The position numbers and the translations under genes are program-made. Source: Raillietiella orientalis (lineage: Eukaryota). Taken from it: a stretch of DNA of 64,000 bases. The stretch is from NCBI GenBank assembly GCA_036172245.1, contig JAYWIR010000004.1:6138001-6202000 (forward strand), read 5' to 3'. Positions within the stretch are counted from its first letter, which is position 1; every line of letters starts with the position of its first letter. The notes beneath the pieces are model-generated. The model did not search any database. It was not told the DNA's origin and saw only the letters and a list, made by a program, of their open reading frames with translations. Positions 48,720-62,031 of the stretch are shown one piece after another.

Positions 48720-50160
48720 GATGATAACATCCTTCTTCTCATACCCTCTTCTCCGGGAGAGCCGAAAAGCAACACCTACCCTTGAAAGGGAAGTCCATTA
48801 ACAAGAGGCTGCCAGGAATCTCCGTCAAACATCCCTCAGGAAAATTCACGTTCCCATGGTGAATCTCTAAGAGCAGCGCCTCCCCTGTCTCCTTGAACCT
48901 TCCCGCATTCTCTTGCAGCTCCAACTGACTCCCCCTTCTCATGCGTGCGCATCTCCGTGTCTCCTATTATTCGAAGACGCGAATCGCATGAAGCACAAGA
49001 AGCGTTGCACTGGGAACTGAGGTATACCCGTTGGCTGCTGCGTTCGCGGAAGACGGTGCATAGATAAGAGGGTTCCCACAAGAGCTCTCTGGCTTCTCCG
49101 ATAGCCTTTCGAGATCCCGGAATTTCCTATCGAAACAGCCCCTATTCTTCCCCTTCTCTGCCCCTGAACAAGCGGCCATCTTGCTCGTACACTCGAACCT
49201 TCCGGGAGAGGAGACCGGCCACGGAGCAACCGCCCTTTCCGGGAAACGAGTCGAAACTCCTCCGCTCGCGTCCCCGGAACGGTTCAGGGACTGCAAAAAG
49301 GTGAACGCGCACTTTGCAGGAGCATCCTAGGGGTCCGATGGCGTTGCCGAAGGCCTGCTCGCAGGCGAGAAGGTTCGCCTCTTCGAAACGACCAGCTGCT
49401 TCCAGGCTGAAGTCGTCCTGCTGCCACGAACGAGCAGCCCGTGACATCCGAGACGGAGGAGGAGCTCGCCGTCTCTCTCGCGTGAGGTGCTGAAGAGTGC
49501 ACCAGAGTGGAGGACGGAGCAGAGAGAGGCCTCAGAGCTGTTGTGGACAGAACAGGACGTCACCGGTGATAACGTCCCATTCCTCTCCCCCTCCTATCCC
49601 CGAACTCAACGCATGGCTGCAGTTCTTCACCGTAGGGCCATCTATGCCACCCACATTTACCTATCGGCCTCTCCTCCTCCCCATCCTCCTCCTGTCCTCA
49701 GGAGGCGCAAGGCGAAGCAGATGGCATCCCCACCGCGCCGTCCTTCCCTTGCGTAGCTCCAGGCCGTCGCAATCTCACGTAGGCAGCAAAGTGCTGCTAG
49801 GGATGAGACAGGCGAAAAGGCTCTTTATCATGTCCTAGGGATTGTCCGTGGGTGCACCAAGGACCGTTGAGTGATGCAAGCACAGGAGCTGGAGGCCAAC
49901 ACAGTCTACAAGCAGGTACGAGAGGGATTCCCGCTCATTGCATTTGCAACAGTTGGGGTCCACAGCCCCCTGAGTCCAGGGCGTTGCACGGGATACCCTA
50001 GTGCAACAGCAGAAGTTCCGCCACTCGTGACTTCAGGGGGAGGGTTCGGTTGTTCTTCAGTGCTAAGGGCCACTCAAGGTCTTACTGTAGGATTTCCAGC
50101 AGCTTATCCCAGCGCAATAGTCCTTTCGGGGGGCCACTTGGGATTGCAGCGTCCGTAAGC
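48720..50160 (-). mobile_element. Decayed LINE pieces: family-B-like zinc-finger fragment (49760-50160) followed by ORF1/APE-like remnants
   Basis: DPNCCKCNERESLSYLLVDC near 49930; 49775-49810 nearly matches 31012-31047; GGAAL..EIPGSLLLMD..DVIIDG resembles APE. Confidence 0.5.
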
Positions 50161-51399
50161 TAGACCGGGGTCCAACCACCTAATTCCTCCGCCCTCTGCG
50201 AAGGCGACACCTCCTCGCATGCTTAGCGATCGGAAACTCACAAGACCGCTGCGCCGGATCTTGACATCTGTCCTTTGGTTTTCATACTTGTGCCATCATC
50301 CCTCGCTAGCAGCGACCAACATCCACTTTGCTTTCGGTACGTTCTTGGACATCTCTCGGCAAGGACAGCCGAAAGAGCGATAGTGCAGCCGCTTGAGTGT
50401 CACTCGAGCGGGGATAAAGAGTGTCTCTGAAGATTTCCAGGTACATTTTCACCTTCCAAACAGCTTATTCCAATGTAGGCAACCAACGACCGAATCTGCA
50501 CGCAAAAACGCGGGAGATGGCTGTCACGTGAGCACTCATAGGTTCGGCGAATCGAAAACGCACATCAAGGGCTCTTACGAGCTCATCCACTGTGCACCTT
50601 CTGCGTTTTCTGCAGCAAATGGAACACCTGATCCAATCCAGGACTCTATCTCTCTGCAGTGGAATCATTCCCTCAGGCATGGCACTTTGTGCTTCCACGC
50701 TCCAGCACTCCCGTGCTGCGCATCTCAGAAGAAGAATCGATCCTCGTTCTCATCTTCTGAGAGTCGCTGTCCTTTCTGGTCATCAGTAAAGGCTGTCGTC
50801 ATCAGGCTGAGAGCAGCTCACAGCTCTGTCCAGCAGGCAGTTTGCCTCGGTTGTGCCGCCCCCCTGCAAACGAGTGCCGCCTGGTGGAGAGTAAGCCAGG
50901 AATCAACCCATTCTCGAACTTAGAGGTGAACTTCACTCACTTTGACTGCAGAAGCCCCCCTCCAAAAAAAAAAAAATCGATCATTACCTGAAAAATTTAT
51001 TTAGCTTCCTCACCATGCAATTCCGAACGACATCTTCCTTTGGCATATTCTATTAACCGGACGCAAACAACAGACTGGAGTGCAGTCCGAGATGTGACTG
51101 GCTGCCGGAAGTTTCCATGCGAAAACACGAAAGCGTCTGTTTCAGAAAGACGAACAACATGAAACAGCAAGCTGCCGACTGTTAATCACTACCGCATCAA
51201 TTGGTTCCTCTTGTCTGGAACAAGCGCTATCGGTGTTTCTTCGTAATCGGACGAGCAGCTTGAGGTTTGCATTCTCGGAAACCGACAACCGTTGTCGTCG
51301 ACTGCAGGAGCACGAACAGAGGAAAGTTTCTGTGAGTTTTTTCGGTGATACACACCTTGAAAGGTTGGAACGGAAAACTCCACGAACACGCTTCTTACA

Positions 51400-54300
51400 T
51401 TCCTGGAATTACCACTGAAGGCATGGAATTTTGGATGGATCCCCCAGTCCTTCAGGATCGTTCAAAAGATGCTCCTTCTTTCCGATGAGGTCATGAGAAA
51501 GTGCTTCCGAAATTTCACCGAGACGCTTGTTTTCGGGATGTCCTCCAGCCAGAAAAGGGAATTTCGCTCAACGAAATCAGGAATTTTTCCAGTCTGTGCA
51601 AGCGTGGCTTCCCGCAAGGTATTTTTAGGAACTCCCGGTGTGCATCTACGCATCCACCAGATCCTCTCACTTCAGAATGAAGAACGCCGGCCCGGATTTG
51701 TGGGTGAACCACGTGGTTCGAACAGAGTTCGTCGCGCCTTTGGAAAACGCTGAATTTGCCATGCACAGGGAGCAGCTTTCAATTGTAAACTGTGAATATA
51801 TTGTCCTGGTACACTCTGAATGCATCTTTCTGTGTTCGTTTCCTGTGTTTGCACGTGTCTACAGGCTCGTGATCCGTGAAACGCGTCCCGAAATGGGGAT
51901 ATTCCAATGCAATCTCTATCCTTGCTGAGAGGATATTATCCACCAACAGATACTGATTGATGAAAGGCCGCAGTTCCTATTAAAGAAATCAAGAGAATCG
52001 GCTTTGGTTTTTGCTTCCATCATCGTAAATTATTCAGATTGCACACTAATTCCTAGGACATCAAAGTAATGAGAAAATCAAATCTTCATATTTGTGCATT
52101 CTCTCTCTGTCCTTGGTTTGTTTTGTTTTTGAAATACCTGCGGCCATGCCAGACTTACGAGGCTTATTGCAGTGACTTTCAAAATCCTCTGGAGGCTTTG
52201 GAATGACAGTAATCGCAGCACATCTCTGGAATATGGTTCCATTAGTTGGAGAAAACTGAAACTGAATCCGCGAAATGGAATAGCAAGCAATACCACAGTG
52301 AGCATGTAATGCAGAATCAAATAATAATCAGAGTGAACAGCATCTCTTGTGCGAAAGATCTCCAAATTTGAATGAATTAAAAGCTTTTCTGCAATTATGG
52401 AAAAAAAAAAAAACGAAATAGTTGAGAGTAATTTTTTGTAAAGACTCATTCATGACTATTCACCGAATCTACTTGCTCAGGCAGTAGTCATGGCGAAGTA
52501 TACGATGTAGTTCACAATTGAGTTCATGATTAAATTTTCATCTTCGACAACATAATTCCTCAGAGTGCTTGTAAGCTGTTTCGCAGCGAAGTTCTCTCGT
52601 TGGCTTGTATCAGGTAAATTCGTCAGCTGATCGGACGTGTTTCCCTGCTTTCTGAATCACCTTTATGGGGTGTGTAATGACAGGATCATTTGAAAAAAAA
52701 ATGGAGCTATCAAAACGTGGCCGCCCCTCGGAACTCAGTAACCCTGACTGTTGTCTTTCCATCGTGAAGATCTTGCAGGAGTTACTAACTGTACATATCT
52801 TTCTATAGCAGTGATCTCGTGCAGAATGACCCCTATGAGCCTGAGAGAGAGTCACATTAGCAGACCGCATCAGTTCACAGGGGTAGTATGATTCTGGGGG
52901 ATTTCGAGTTTTCTAAACTGGTTGATTAGCTTTTTTGTGTTTGTCGTGGCACACTGATCCATGTCATACTGAAACCGGAGTCTCACGAGGAAGGTTATCT
53001 TGGAAGTATATGTGCTGTTTCCTTGAGCACAAAGTTATTTGGTTCTCTCATTGGTTCTAGCTAAATTTCATCTTTCCTGATTGCTTATTAGTCTCGTTGC
53101 GTAGAAAACTGAGGTAGCATTCATAACAGACGCACACATAAGGAAAATTTTTTGATCTTGCTCCGATTCCTCTCGATATTAATCATCTCTCAATGCCATC
53201 GATCATGTCTTTGTTTACTCGGATTTCTATCAGAATCCAGACATCCTATCCTTTTTTTTTTTCCAGTAAAAACGAACGACAGTTGCGATGTAGATTACTC
53301 AGAGCACGGTGTGGCAAAATACGTCCATTTATCATTCAATTTTGCTTTCCATGAATAAGATGCGATGTCGACGGGTTCTCTGGACAGTTCATGAAAGAAA
53401 ATCAGGACTCGCGATAATCACATGTTAAATTAATATAAAAGAAAACATGATAAGGGAAAATTGGAGCCAATAAGCCCAATAAGTTTTGACTTAATGAGTA
53501 TTTTGCAGAGGGTGGCTAACGCCAATGATGCGAGAGTTCTGAAACTGAAAACGAACCTGATTTCTCAGAAAAGGGAGAGAGTTCTGAATCTCCAGATTAG
53601 AGAAAACAGTGTTTCCGGGTTGAGCTACAAAGCTTAGTTCAATCGCCAAGGAGATGGATCCAGATGCGCATACCTACGATCTCCGTATGCTACACGCAAT
53701 TGAGGTCTCCTGTGTTCGAGCACTCTCATCCTCTCAAAACATGAGCACATGATATCATGACTCATTTTGATTTTTACTGGATTGTAATTATGAAAACCAT
53801 GGCCATAAGAGCTCGAAGAAATTAAAGAACATGTCTCCTGAGATTTCATCTCTAGTTCAAAAAGCTGCTCGGCTCCACTTCATAAATTCAAGCAATATGC
53901 TAATGAAGGATGGGAGTCATCGATCGCCTCGCGTGTGATCCTGATTAAGGTTAGCGAGCATCATCCGCATAGGGAAAAATTCTTCTTAAAACTTCCGATT
54001 TCATCGGAAGAAAATTTACAGACTGAAATTTTAAAATAACGCAGATTTCAAGTTCAGATTGCCAGGATTCCGTGAAACAGCCGAAACAGGATTCATGGCC
54101 ACGCGGATACAATATTGTGTTCTAACAGGAACAGCTCTTTTTGCTTCTCCAAGCACAGGAACCGTTGCTTCGCTCAGGCGAGGGAACGTTCCTGGAGATT
54201 TTCAAAGGGGGGAAAGTAACGTTTCTATGGAGAACCCACAAACGGTGACTACCGTGGTCTTGGTCACGAGACCGTTGATTTTCACGGTTGCGCTGGGAAC

Positions 54301-56450
54301 AGAAAATTTGCTGCCCGAATGCAAATTCGCAACCCAAAATGCTTTCGCATAGGCTTTATCCAGCATGCACTGACAAATGTCTCATTCTAACTGCTTTCCT
54401 CTGTAGTGAGAAGGAACAACGGTTTCCTGGGAGTGAGACTCAGGAAGAGAGTAACAGCAAAGGGTTTTACACGGAAACAAAGGGGATGAGCGCAGCCGAG
54501 GAGAAAATGCAGGAAAAAAAAAAGAAAAATACGAGAACTTTTCCCAAGATGTGCTCAATTTTCCCCCCATCTCTTTCTTCAATAAGATTAAACAAGAATC
54601 TCGAGTTTCAGGCATTCAATATTTCACCGATCATTTCATTCGTATATCTAGAAAACGCAATTAATGGGAAAGAAGGGGACTACCATTTTTGGACTTATGC
54701 AGAACATCTTTATTTAAGAAGAGAAACTATAAAACATACTGTGAATCAAACCACACCCTGTATATTTGGAGTAATAAAAAAAATCATTTCATGTAACATT
54801 ACACAGAATTTCCTCGATAACGGGAATGAAGTATCAGTTTTCCTTTTTCAAAAATGATAACGACTCCTCTATTCTTCTCAGTGTATGAGCTTTGCTGGGC
54901 TTCCTCCGGTCAATTTGTTTCTTTATTTCCTCGTTTAGATCTATAATTTGCCTTTTGATTTCTCTTTTTTCTTCGCGCTTTAGTACATATTCTTCGTAGT
55001 CGTTCAAGTTCCATCTTGCATTATTCTAAGGACCAGATCTCAGGTTACCACGGTGGAACACATGTTTGAAAACGAAACACACGCAAAATTCAAAGACTTT
55101 ATGAAAATTAATGTACTCACAAAAAGTTTGTATGCAAGTTTCCTAATACTTCCGAATTTTAATTTCACTTCTATTTCCTTTTGCTCCTTCCTTAGAGTTT
55201 CGTATTTCACGGCAAGCATTTTAAGTTTCTTCGACAAATCTGGAGATTCTGTTAACTGATCCAAATACCGTTAGTTCACCGGTGCTAAACATCAAAAAAC
55301 ACACACACACCCACACACACACACACAAAAGACAAAACCCACTCATCAGACTTTGGAGAAGTTTGCTTAAGAATTAAAATTTCTGATTTTCATCGTCTGT
55401 ATAACTGCATACAGGTATGAACTAAGCAATTGGTACAAGGCAAACATTTGAGGTAAAAATTAAGTGCAAGTTTTGGATTTCCTACGAGCAATCTCTATGG
55501 GGAATGACGGCATGGCTGCTAAAACATCAAAAGCTGAAGATTTGATTAAATATGTATAAATGTTGAAATACGTTAAAAGTGGAAAGCAAAACGAGCTGGT
55601 GCGAATTTCTTTGAGAAATTTGTGCATTTACCTAATTTCCCCCCCAAATATGGATACTACATTTTGAACTACACTTTGATGGATACTACTACTATTTGGA
55701 TTACTCCAAATATGGGCAATGAACTTTTTGTGAGGGGGATTCAGTGACTCTCCAATAGATCTAAAAACAACCAAAAAAAACAAAGAGGGTTGGAAATTTA
55801 GGGAATCCTCCTATGCACTGAAACCACTTTATTGTATGCACTGAAACTGCACCGGATTCTGCATGATCACGCTAATGAAGGAAGACAAAAGAGTTTCCCA
55901 GTAAATGTGTTTTCCTTTCTGTTTTTCCCACTAAATATTTAACGACGTCAGTTCGCACAAAACTACTTAATCCTGACTTTTGTTCAACACGGGTACTGAA
56001 AGATGCATTTATGAAAATAAAATGCAATCGATTCCAGTAAATGACAATAGAATTATAAGGAACAAATTTGTTACAGATTAATATTCTGGAACAAATTTGG
56101 GAGGTGAGTTCAGTTTCAGCTGATTGAATTTCGAAAAGGAAAAAAAACAAAAAAAATTTTCATTCCAATTACACTGACTTCCATTTCGAAGAATTCTTTG
56201 GCGATTCCAGTTTTCAAGTAAGAATCAGATTTCGATTTTCCTTCGTTATTAGCGTGTTGGGGTGGTTTCATGGGGACTAGAGTCATATTTGAGATTTCTG
56301 GAGAAGGAACATTGAATTTTGCTTCATTCGGAGCTAATATTACACAGAAGCTGGAATTCGTAGATTGCTGATTTTTGTGAACCGAACCGTTATCGTTGCT
56401 CGCCTCCTCTGAGGGCTCAGCTTCCTTTTCGTGATCTCCTTCCGTCTGGC
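51400..56450 (-). pseudogene. Unidentified decayed multi-exon gene with coiled-coil exons
   Basis: AG/GT-bounded, phase-compatible segments, e.g. ~55284-55169 (LDQLTESPDLSKKLKMLAVKYETLRKEQKEIE) spliced to 55025-~54800 (NNARWNLNDYEEYVLKREEKREIKRQIIDL..). Most segments carry in-frame stops. Product not recognised. Confidence 0.4.
55299..55327. repeat. (CA)n microsatellite, one interruption
   Basis: acacacacacacccacacacacacacaca. Confidence 0.9.
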
Positions 56451-59400
56451 AATAAACAGAACATTCGACAACCCATGCAGGATGCACATTTGCTTACAAA
56501 ACTTTGGCCTCCTTCTTGTGTGGCGTTTGCTGCATCTTGGGAAGCGTTCTTGGCTCCGCACTCAAAATCGTGACCATCGATCTAAGACTTCGACTTTATT
56601 TCAAAGTGATTATGAAAGCGTAAAAAATCGTAAAAAACTTTGTGCACCTTATCAAAACAGAAAAATCTATACCACTCCCTTGCAAGATGACACGCAAGAT
56701 GGTTGAAACCGATCTGCAGTGATCTCAAAAGAAAATACGTATTCTTTAAAACGCTGTGAACGGAATTTCTTGGAACCGCATTTTGGTTAATGAGCGCACT
56801 TTGATTTACGAATGCATGTGTGCATTATACAGATCAGGTTTCCGAACCTAGAACTTGGAAACTCTGGAGAGTTATCATGATTTGAAACACATGTACACAC
56901 AGTACTTTGATTAGAAATTGATTATCCCCGATTGCTTTTTTTTTTTTTTTTTTTTCTAGAATTCCAATGACATGACTCTTTCGTTACACATTCGCCAAGA
57001 TTCAGACAACTTACGTTCATTCTATGTCGAGATTAGCAGGCTGCTCCGGCAAGAAGACCACTAAATTCATGAAGATGATTCCACTTTGCCGCCACTGCAC
57101 ATAGAAAATACGAAAGCGCGGCTTCCGGAGGCCCCCCAGAAGAAGAAAAAAAAACTCCGTGTTTTAATAACAGGCGAGAATTCCGACTGTTGATGACTTT
57201 CCATTGTTGATTCTCCTTTCCGCTGTCAAAGCGCGCGCGGCTGATCTGCGGAAGGAAATGCAAGCCTCAGGAACCTCCATTGTTGCCCTCGTTCCCCCGG
57301 CAATATCGGCCGGCGCGTATTTAAAATAGGCGCAGGGGGGTGACAGTGGAGGCAAACACAGAGTAAATAAATAAATGACGGAATAAATAAAATGACAGGG
57401 AATCGCTTCGTATTTTTCAGAGGTGCTGCGAGCAGAGCCGACGTGCCAGGCCCATCACGTTTCCTCTATGCGATTCGGAATCGATCCCAGAACTTTTTGG
57501 ATGATTCTAGAGAATGCTTTCAAAATGCGCAAGGAGATTTGTTGAAACGGATTTCCAACCCACACAACTTCACTTCTTTAAGATTCACTTTTTTCCATCC
57601 TCAGATTCAGCAAGCGGTCACCGAGGTCACCGCGATCGCCGAGGCAGGTGATGAGAATGACGGTGCGGTGCGATAGACAGGTTTTGTAGAATCTACATCT
57701 ACGGCATTGCGATAACTTTGAGCTGTTCAATCAATTCCACGAAACGAGATGATTCTCCTTAAAAAAAGAGAACCTCAGAATCTGCGACATGTTATGATGG
57801 AAATGGCTCGTTTGAACCCATAAATGAACCAGTTGTATCCACAATTTTTATGTCTCAACTTTCAATTGCAATTTCAATTTCTTCGAGTCCAATGTAGCAA
57901 TTTCATCCTTGAGAAAATTCACGTCCCCTTATAATTTTGATTCTCAAAGGATCCCCTAGTCAAAATCAAATATTAATTGAGAGAGAGAAAAGCCTTAAAA
58001 ATAAAATTCGATCCTCTAATTGAATAAGAATACCGAAGGAATGAGATAAAATTTTGAACTTCTGCGAGATGCTTTTCATAAATTGTATTTCTTATTTAAA
58101 TTTGCGTCGTTGAAAGATTCTAAACTTTTTTAAAAGGATTACAGTTTTTAGGCATTCTATTCTTCCTAGTTTAAGAATGTAAATCAATCTTATGCATCTG
58201 ATTTCGGAATTTGTATTTTTTCTGAGATCTTTTTTTCTGGGCATGTAAGATTAATACATTTGTGTGTCTCCTTTGCAGACTCTTTTGTCCTTAACGCCGT
58301 TTGCAGTAACATCAGATTCTTTTGATTACGTCATCAAAAAATCATTATTCATGGACTACTTTTTTAGTCCAATTTCTTTTAGCTTCCAGTTCGAAGTTTC
58401 CGATCTTCCAACTTAATTCTGAGAGATTTATATGCATGGATATGCGACCATCATTTAGCTTTTCTTAATGCTTTGAAATTCCATTAGGGTGTTTTCTATG
58501 AGTTTCTAAATAAAAAATTCCATCAATTTTAACATTGCATTTTATAGTTGCGCTTCCAGAGGATTTCGAGATGACAAACTTCACGAAGAGTTTCGGATGG
58601 ACCTTTAATTTGCCGTCTTTAATTCTCGGTTTTATTTTGTATTTGCGCCATTTGTGATTCGTATTTGGGATTTATTAATTGCACGAAAATTATCGTGCAT
58701 GTGCTTTCAGATATTAACGATCACTTATTTTATTGATGACTCGTTTGATGAAATAATCCTCGCTGAGGGGATTTTCGAAATCTGACCACCGAAATGTGTG
58801 GATGTTGTTCTGACGGGCCTCCGCCAAACTGAAAGTTTGTGGAAATGGTCCTGCGCCACCTTAGTTGATACGCCTGCAGTAATACCCTTCTAAAATACCC
58901 TTCTAAAATCCGCGAATCATTTTCCCACGGAGCATTTTTTTTTTTTTTTTTTCCTCTCTTTCCGTGTGTGCTTTCCTCCATCATCCTTTATTGTGAGAAT
59001 TGAGAAAGTTGCTAGTTTTGCCTTTTCAAAGAGCTGTCATCTGAAGCTGACGGGAACTGTCACCACGCACGTAAGTTACGGAATTTCCCTAGCAGATCTT
59101 CGAAGAAAGAAATGAATGTTCTTTAGCTCAATGTTCTCTCTAGTGACTCCCATTCTAAAATTAATTTCGAGGTCAAAGCACAATTCCTCCTACCATATTC
59201 AACCTTTTGAAGCAGTGCGTTCTTCCAAATAGTTGTCCGCACACCAGTATAATAGCAGAAATTCCAGGACATCTCATTTTCTCACGTTTTCCTTGCACCT
59301 CAGAAGTGCTGGCGTCACCCGTTGAGGTTTCGTACACTCTCAGAAAACCATTCCATTTTTGGAATAATGCAGTATCAATATAAAAATACACTCGCGTGTG

Positions 59401-61593
59401 TTCCTGACTTTCTCTCCGTCTGCGATCTGAACATTTTTAAGATAAACTCCTGCTATCGATTGGAAAGAAACCGATTCGAGTTTTTCAGAGACATATCAGA
59501 TGATTTCATAATTTTCTTTTCTCCATTTCAAACTCCCAAACGTCCACCTTCCACAGAAGCCACAAAGGGGTGTCGTTCTTTTTTCCTCCGTGGTGTTGCT
59601 TCTTCTCCACTAAGCTCTATAGGTGGAAGCTCTTGTGCACCTTTCCGGGGAGAGTTATCGACTTCTCGTTTTTCGCCCTCCGTTCCGAACTTACCACACC
59701 GTCCTTTTCCTCACGTCACACTTCACGCCGCTGCGCGAAGTGAAGCATCTCTGATCCCAACTGCCTCCATCATTCCACGCTGTGATAAAAGGTAAATAAT
59801 CCCCGAAAGATGTTGCCTGCTAGCCAGCAGGACAGCAGCACCGAGGGATGAATTCACCGATGAACTACTAAGGAGGTTTGAGTTCCAGTGGTTTGCGGCT
59901 GCAGCTGTCGCTCCAGAATGACAAGATTTCGTCTCCCTGACAAGGCGAAGGTTGAAACGGCAGCTTGCAGCACCGTAAGCGGGGGGAGGGGGTGGATCGG
60001 TTCGCTCTTGCATCTCTCACTTCGAGATTCGAAACCGAAGAGGAATAGCTATCCCAAATGATGCCTCTCCTTCCCTTTTCACCTGGGATCTCTCAGTCAG
60101 TCTCGGGAGACAACGCCAAGTGTCCGCGTTGCATTCCTCGGGTCTGACTCTCCGAAAGCTCTCGATAACCTCCCGTTCGCTCTTTCCACACGACGGCATC
60201 CGTAACTGGGGTCACCTGGAAGTGACCTTTGGGAACGCGACCGCGTGTCTGAAAGACTGCGCTCCCGACGCAAACGCCACCCTCTGGTTCTAAGGATCGC
60301 AGAGGATGTGCCCCTGAGCCCAGTGCTGGGGCTCGAAGACTCCGGTCGGATGGCACACAGGATGGAAAAAGGGTCGAACCGAATTCGCCAGGGGGTATTC
60401 CAGTGATCAGGGGTGGTGTAACTGATACTGGCTGAGCAGTGTCTTCGGGAAAGAGTGATTCGGGACGTGAGTCTCGCACGGAACGAGACCCCCTAAAACT
60501 GACTCTCAGCAGTTCCGGGTCGCCAAATGCGCTGCCATCTCCAATCTGCGGTCTTCCCGAGAGGGCTTTCGGAGGAGCTGCCCTCTTGCATTCTTCGTTC
60601 AAACGGGAAGGAAGGGTTATACTTCTTTCCTGGAGCAAAACCGTCCTCTTAAAGAAGCAGGAAACCCGAACGTTACGCAGGGAAGCTCCATCTCCCGGAT
60701 GCAGAGCACACCCTGTGGATGAGGCGACCCCTAGCCCATGGCACCTGCTGTTCCGCGTCGTGATTCGGCAACAAAACTGTAATGAAACGTCTTCCAGCCC
60801 CGGTGGGTAACCTGGAAACGGCTCTGTCACCACACTTTGCACCATCGCGGTGGCGCCCATTCCCGTGGCTTAGCTCCCCAAATTCGCGTCTACCTCGTGG
60901 CCGTGGCTGCTTGGAGAGACCTCAAAACTCTCGCTGTCGGCCCTCGACATGGAATGAAAGTGGACGAGAATAGAGGGTGGGATGGGATGAAAGGGATCTG
61001 TGGCTTCACGCCCATCCAACAGATCCTCCCGAAGCTGGGAAGGAACTGCCTGGACAAGCTGCTGAGGAACGGCAGGGAAGTGCACTCGGACAGAAAGGAT
61101 CCCGGGAAGGCTGGATCTCCCAGAGCGGGAAGCAGGGAGAGAGGGGCCTAGAACGAAGTCCAGAACGCGACCCTGCATCCCGTCTTCGAGAACCGAAAGC
61201 GACTGCCTTGTGGCTCGCGGAGCTGCTCGAGCACTCGTCAGCCGGGTTTGCCGTTCTCCCCGGAGGGGCGCCTCCGTCGGTGGGATCTCGCGGTCCACCT
61301 GCCAGAGGCCGCTGCGATCGCGCAGGGAGGTGTGGTCGACTGGAGGAAACACTCGCACGTTTCTCCCCGTCCTAACCGAAGGGAGGACAGCGGCCACAGG
61401 GAGTTTGACTTGTCTGCCTGACCCGTCACGCCTTTCTCCCCCCCCCCCTCCGCCATGGCCGCCGACATTTCTCCTTCCGGTTACAAACCAGAGGGACGGA
61501 GCTGCCGCGGGGATCACAAGCTCCTGATCAGCAGCTACGGTTCCGCGGCCAATAACCAGAGCGAATCAAGCTCTGATTGGTATGAATGAGGAT

Positions 61594-62031
61594 AACCATC
61601 ATAATCTTTGTCATTTATATCTACTTCCGCCTTTAAAAGCAGATTCACACTTTCAAATATCCTTTGACAGCAGCAACATGCAGAGCAGTGGCTCCTGTAC
61701 TACTGTGAGGACACACATCTACGTATCCTTGTTTAACCCACCTTGCAGCATCTTCTAATATTATTCTTTGTTCTTTATTACGAGCTGAGACACAGTCAAG
61801 ACCTTTTTGTTCAATTATTGAAAGCAAATACTCCTCCACAGTATCAGATTCGGCAATATCATATGGTAGATCACCATCGTTGTTAACAGCAACTAAATCT
61901 GCTCCTCTTTCAATCAAATATTTAGCAATACTAATAAAACAAGAAGCTGTTGCATGTAGAGGTGTTCAGCTTTCATTATCTGCTCTATTGATATCTGTTC
62001 CATAATTCAAGAGGAATACCACTATTTCTAT
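61594..62031 (-). pseudogene. PPP1R12A: Intronless fragment of myosin phosphatase targeting subunit (MYPT1/PPP1R12/Mbs) ankyrin region, probable processed pseudogene
   Basis: DINRADNES*TPLHATASC-FISIAKYLIERGADLVAVNNDGDLPYDIAE..ARNKEQRIILEDAARW..TGATALHVAAVKGY..VDINDKDYDG is collinear with MYPT1/Mbs. It has a stop at the conserved Trp, a lost Gly codon and frameshifts. Confidence 0.88.

Noticed and set aside
61964..61968. TGA read as Trp (alternative genetic code) in the MYPT fragment
   Set aside because: The same fragment uses TGG for Trp elsewhere and has frameshifts, so a simple TGG>TGA mutation is sufficient.
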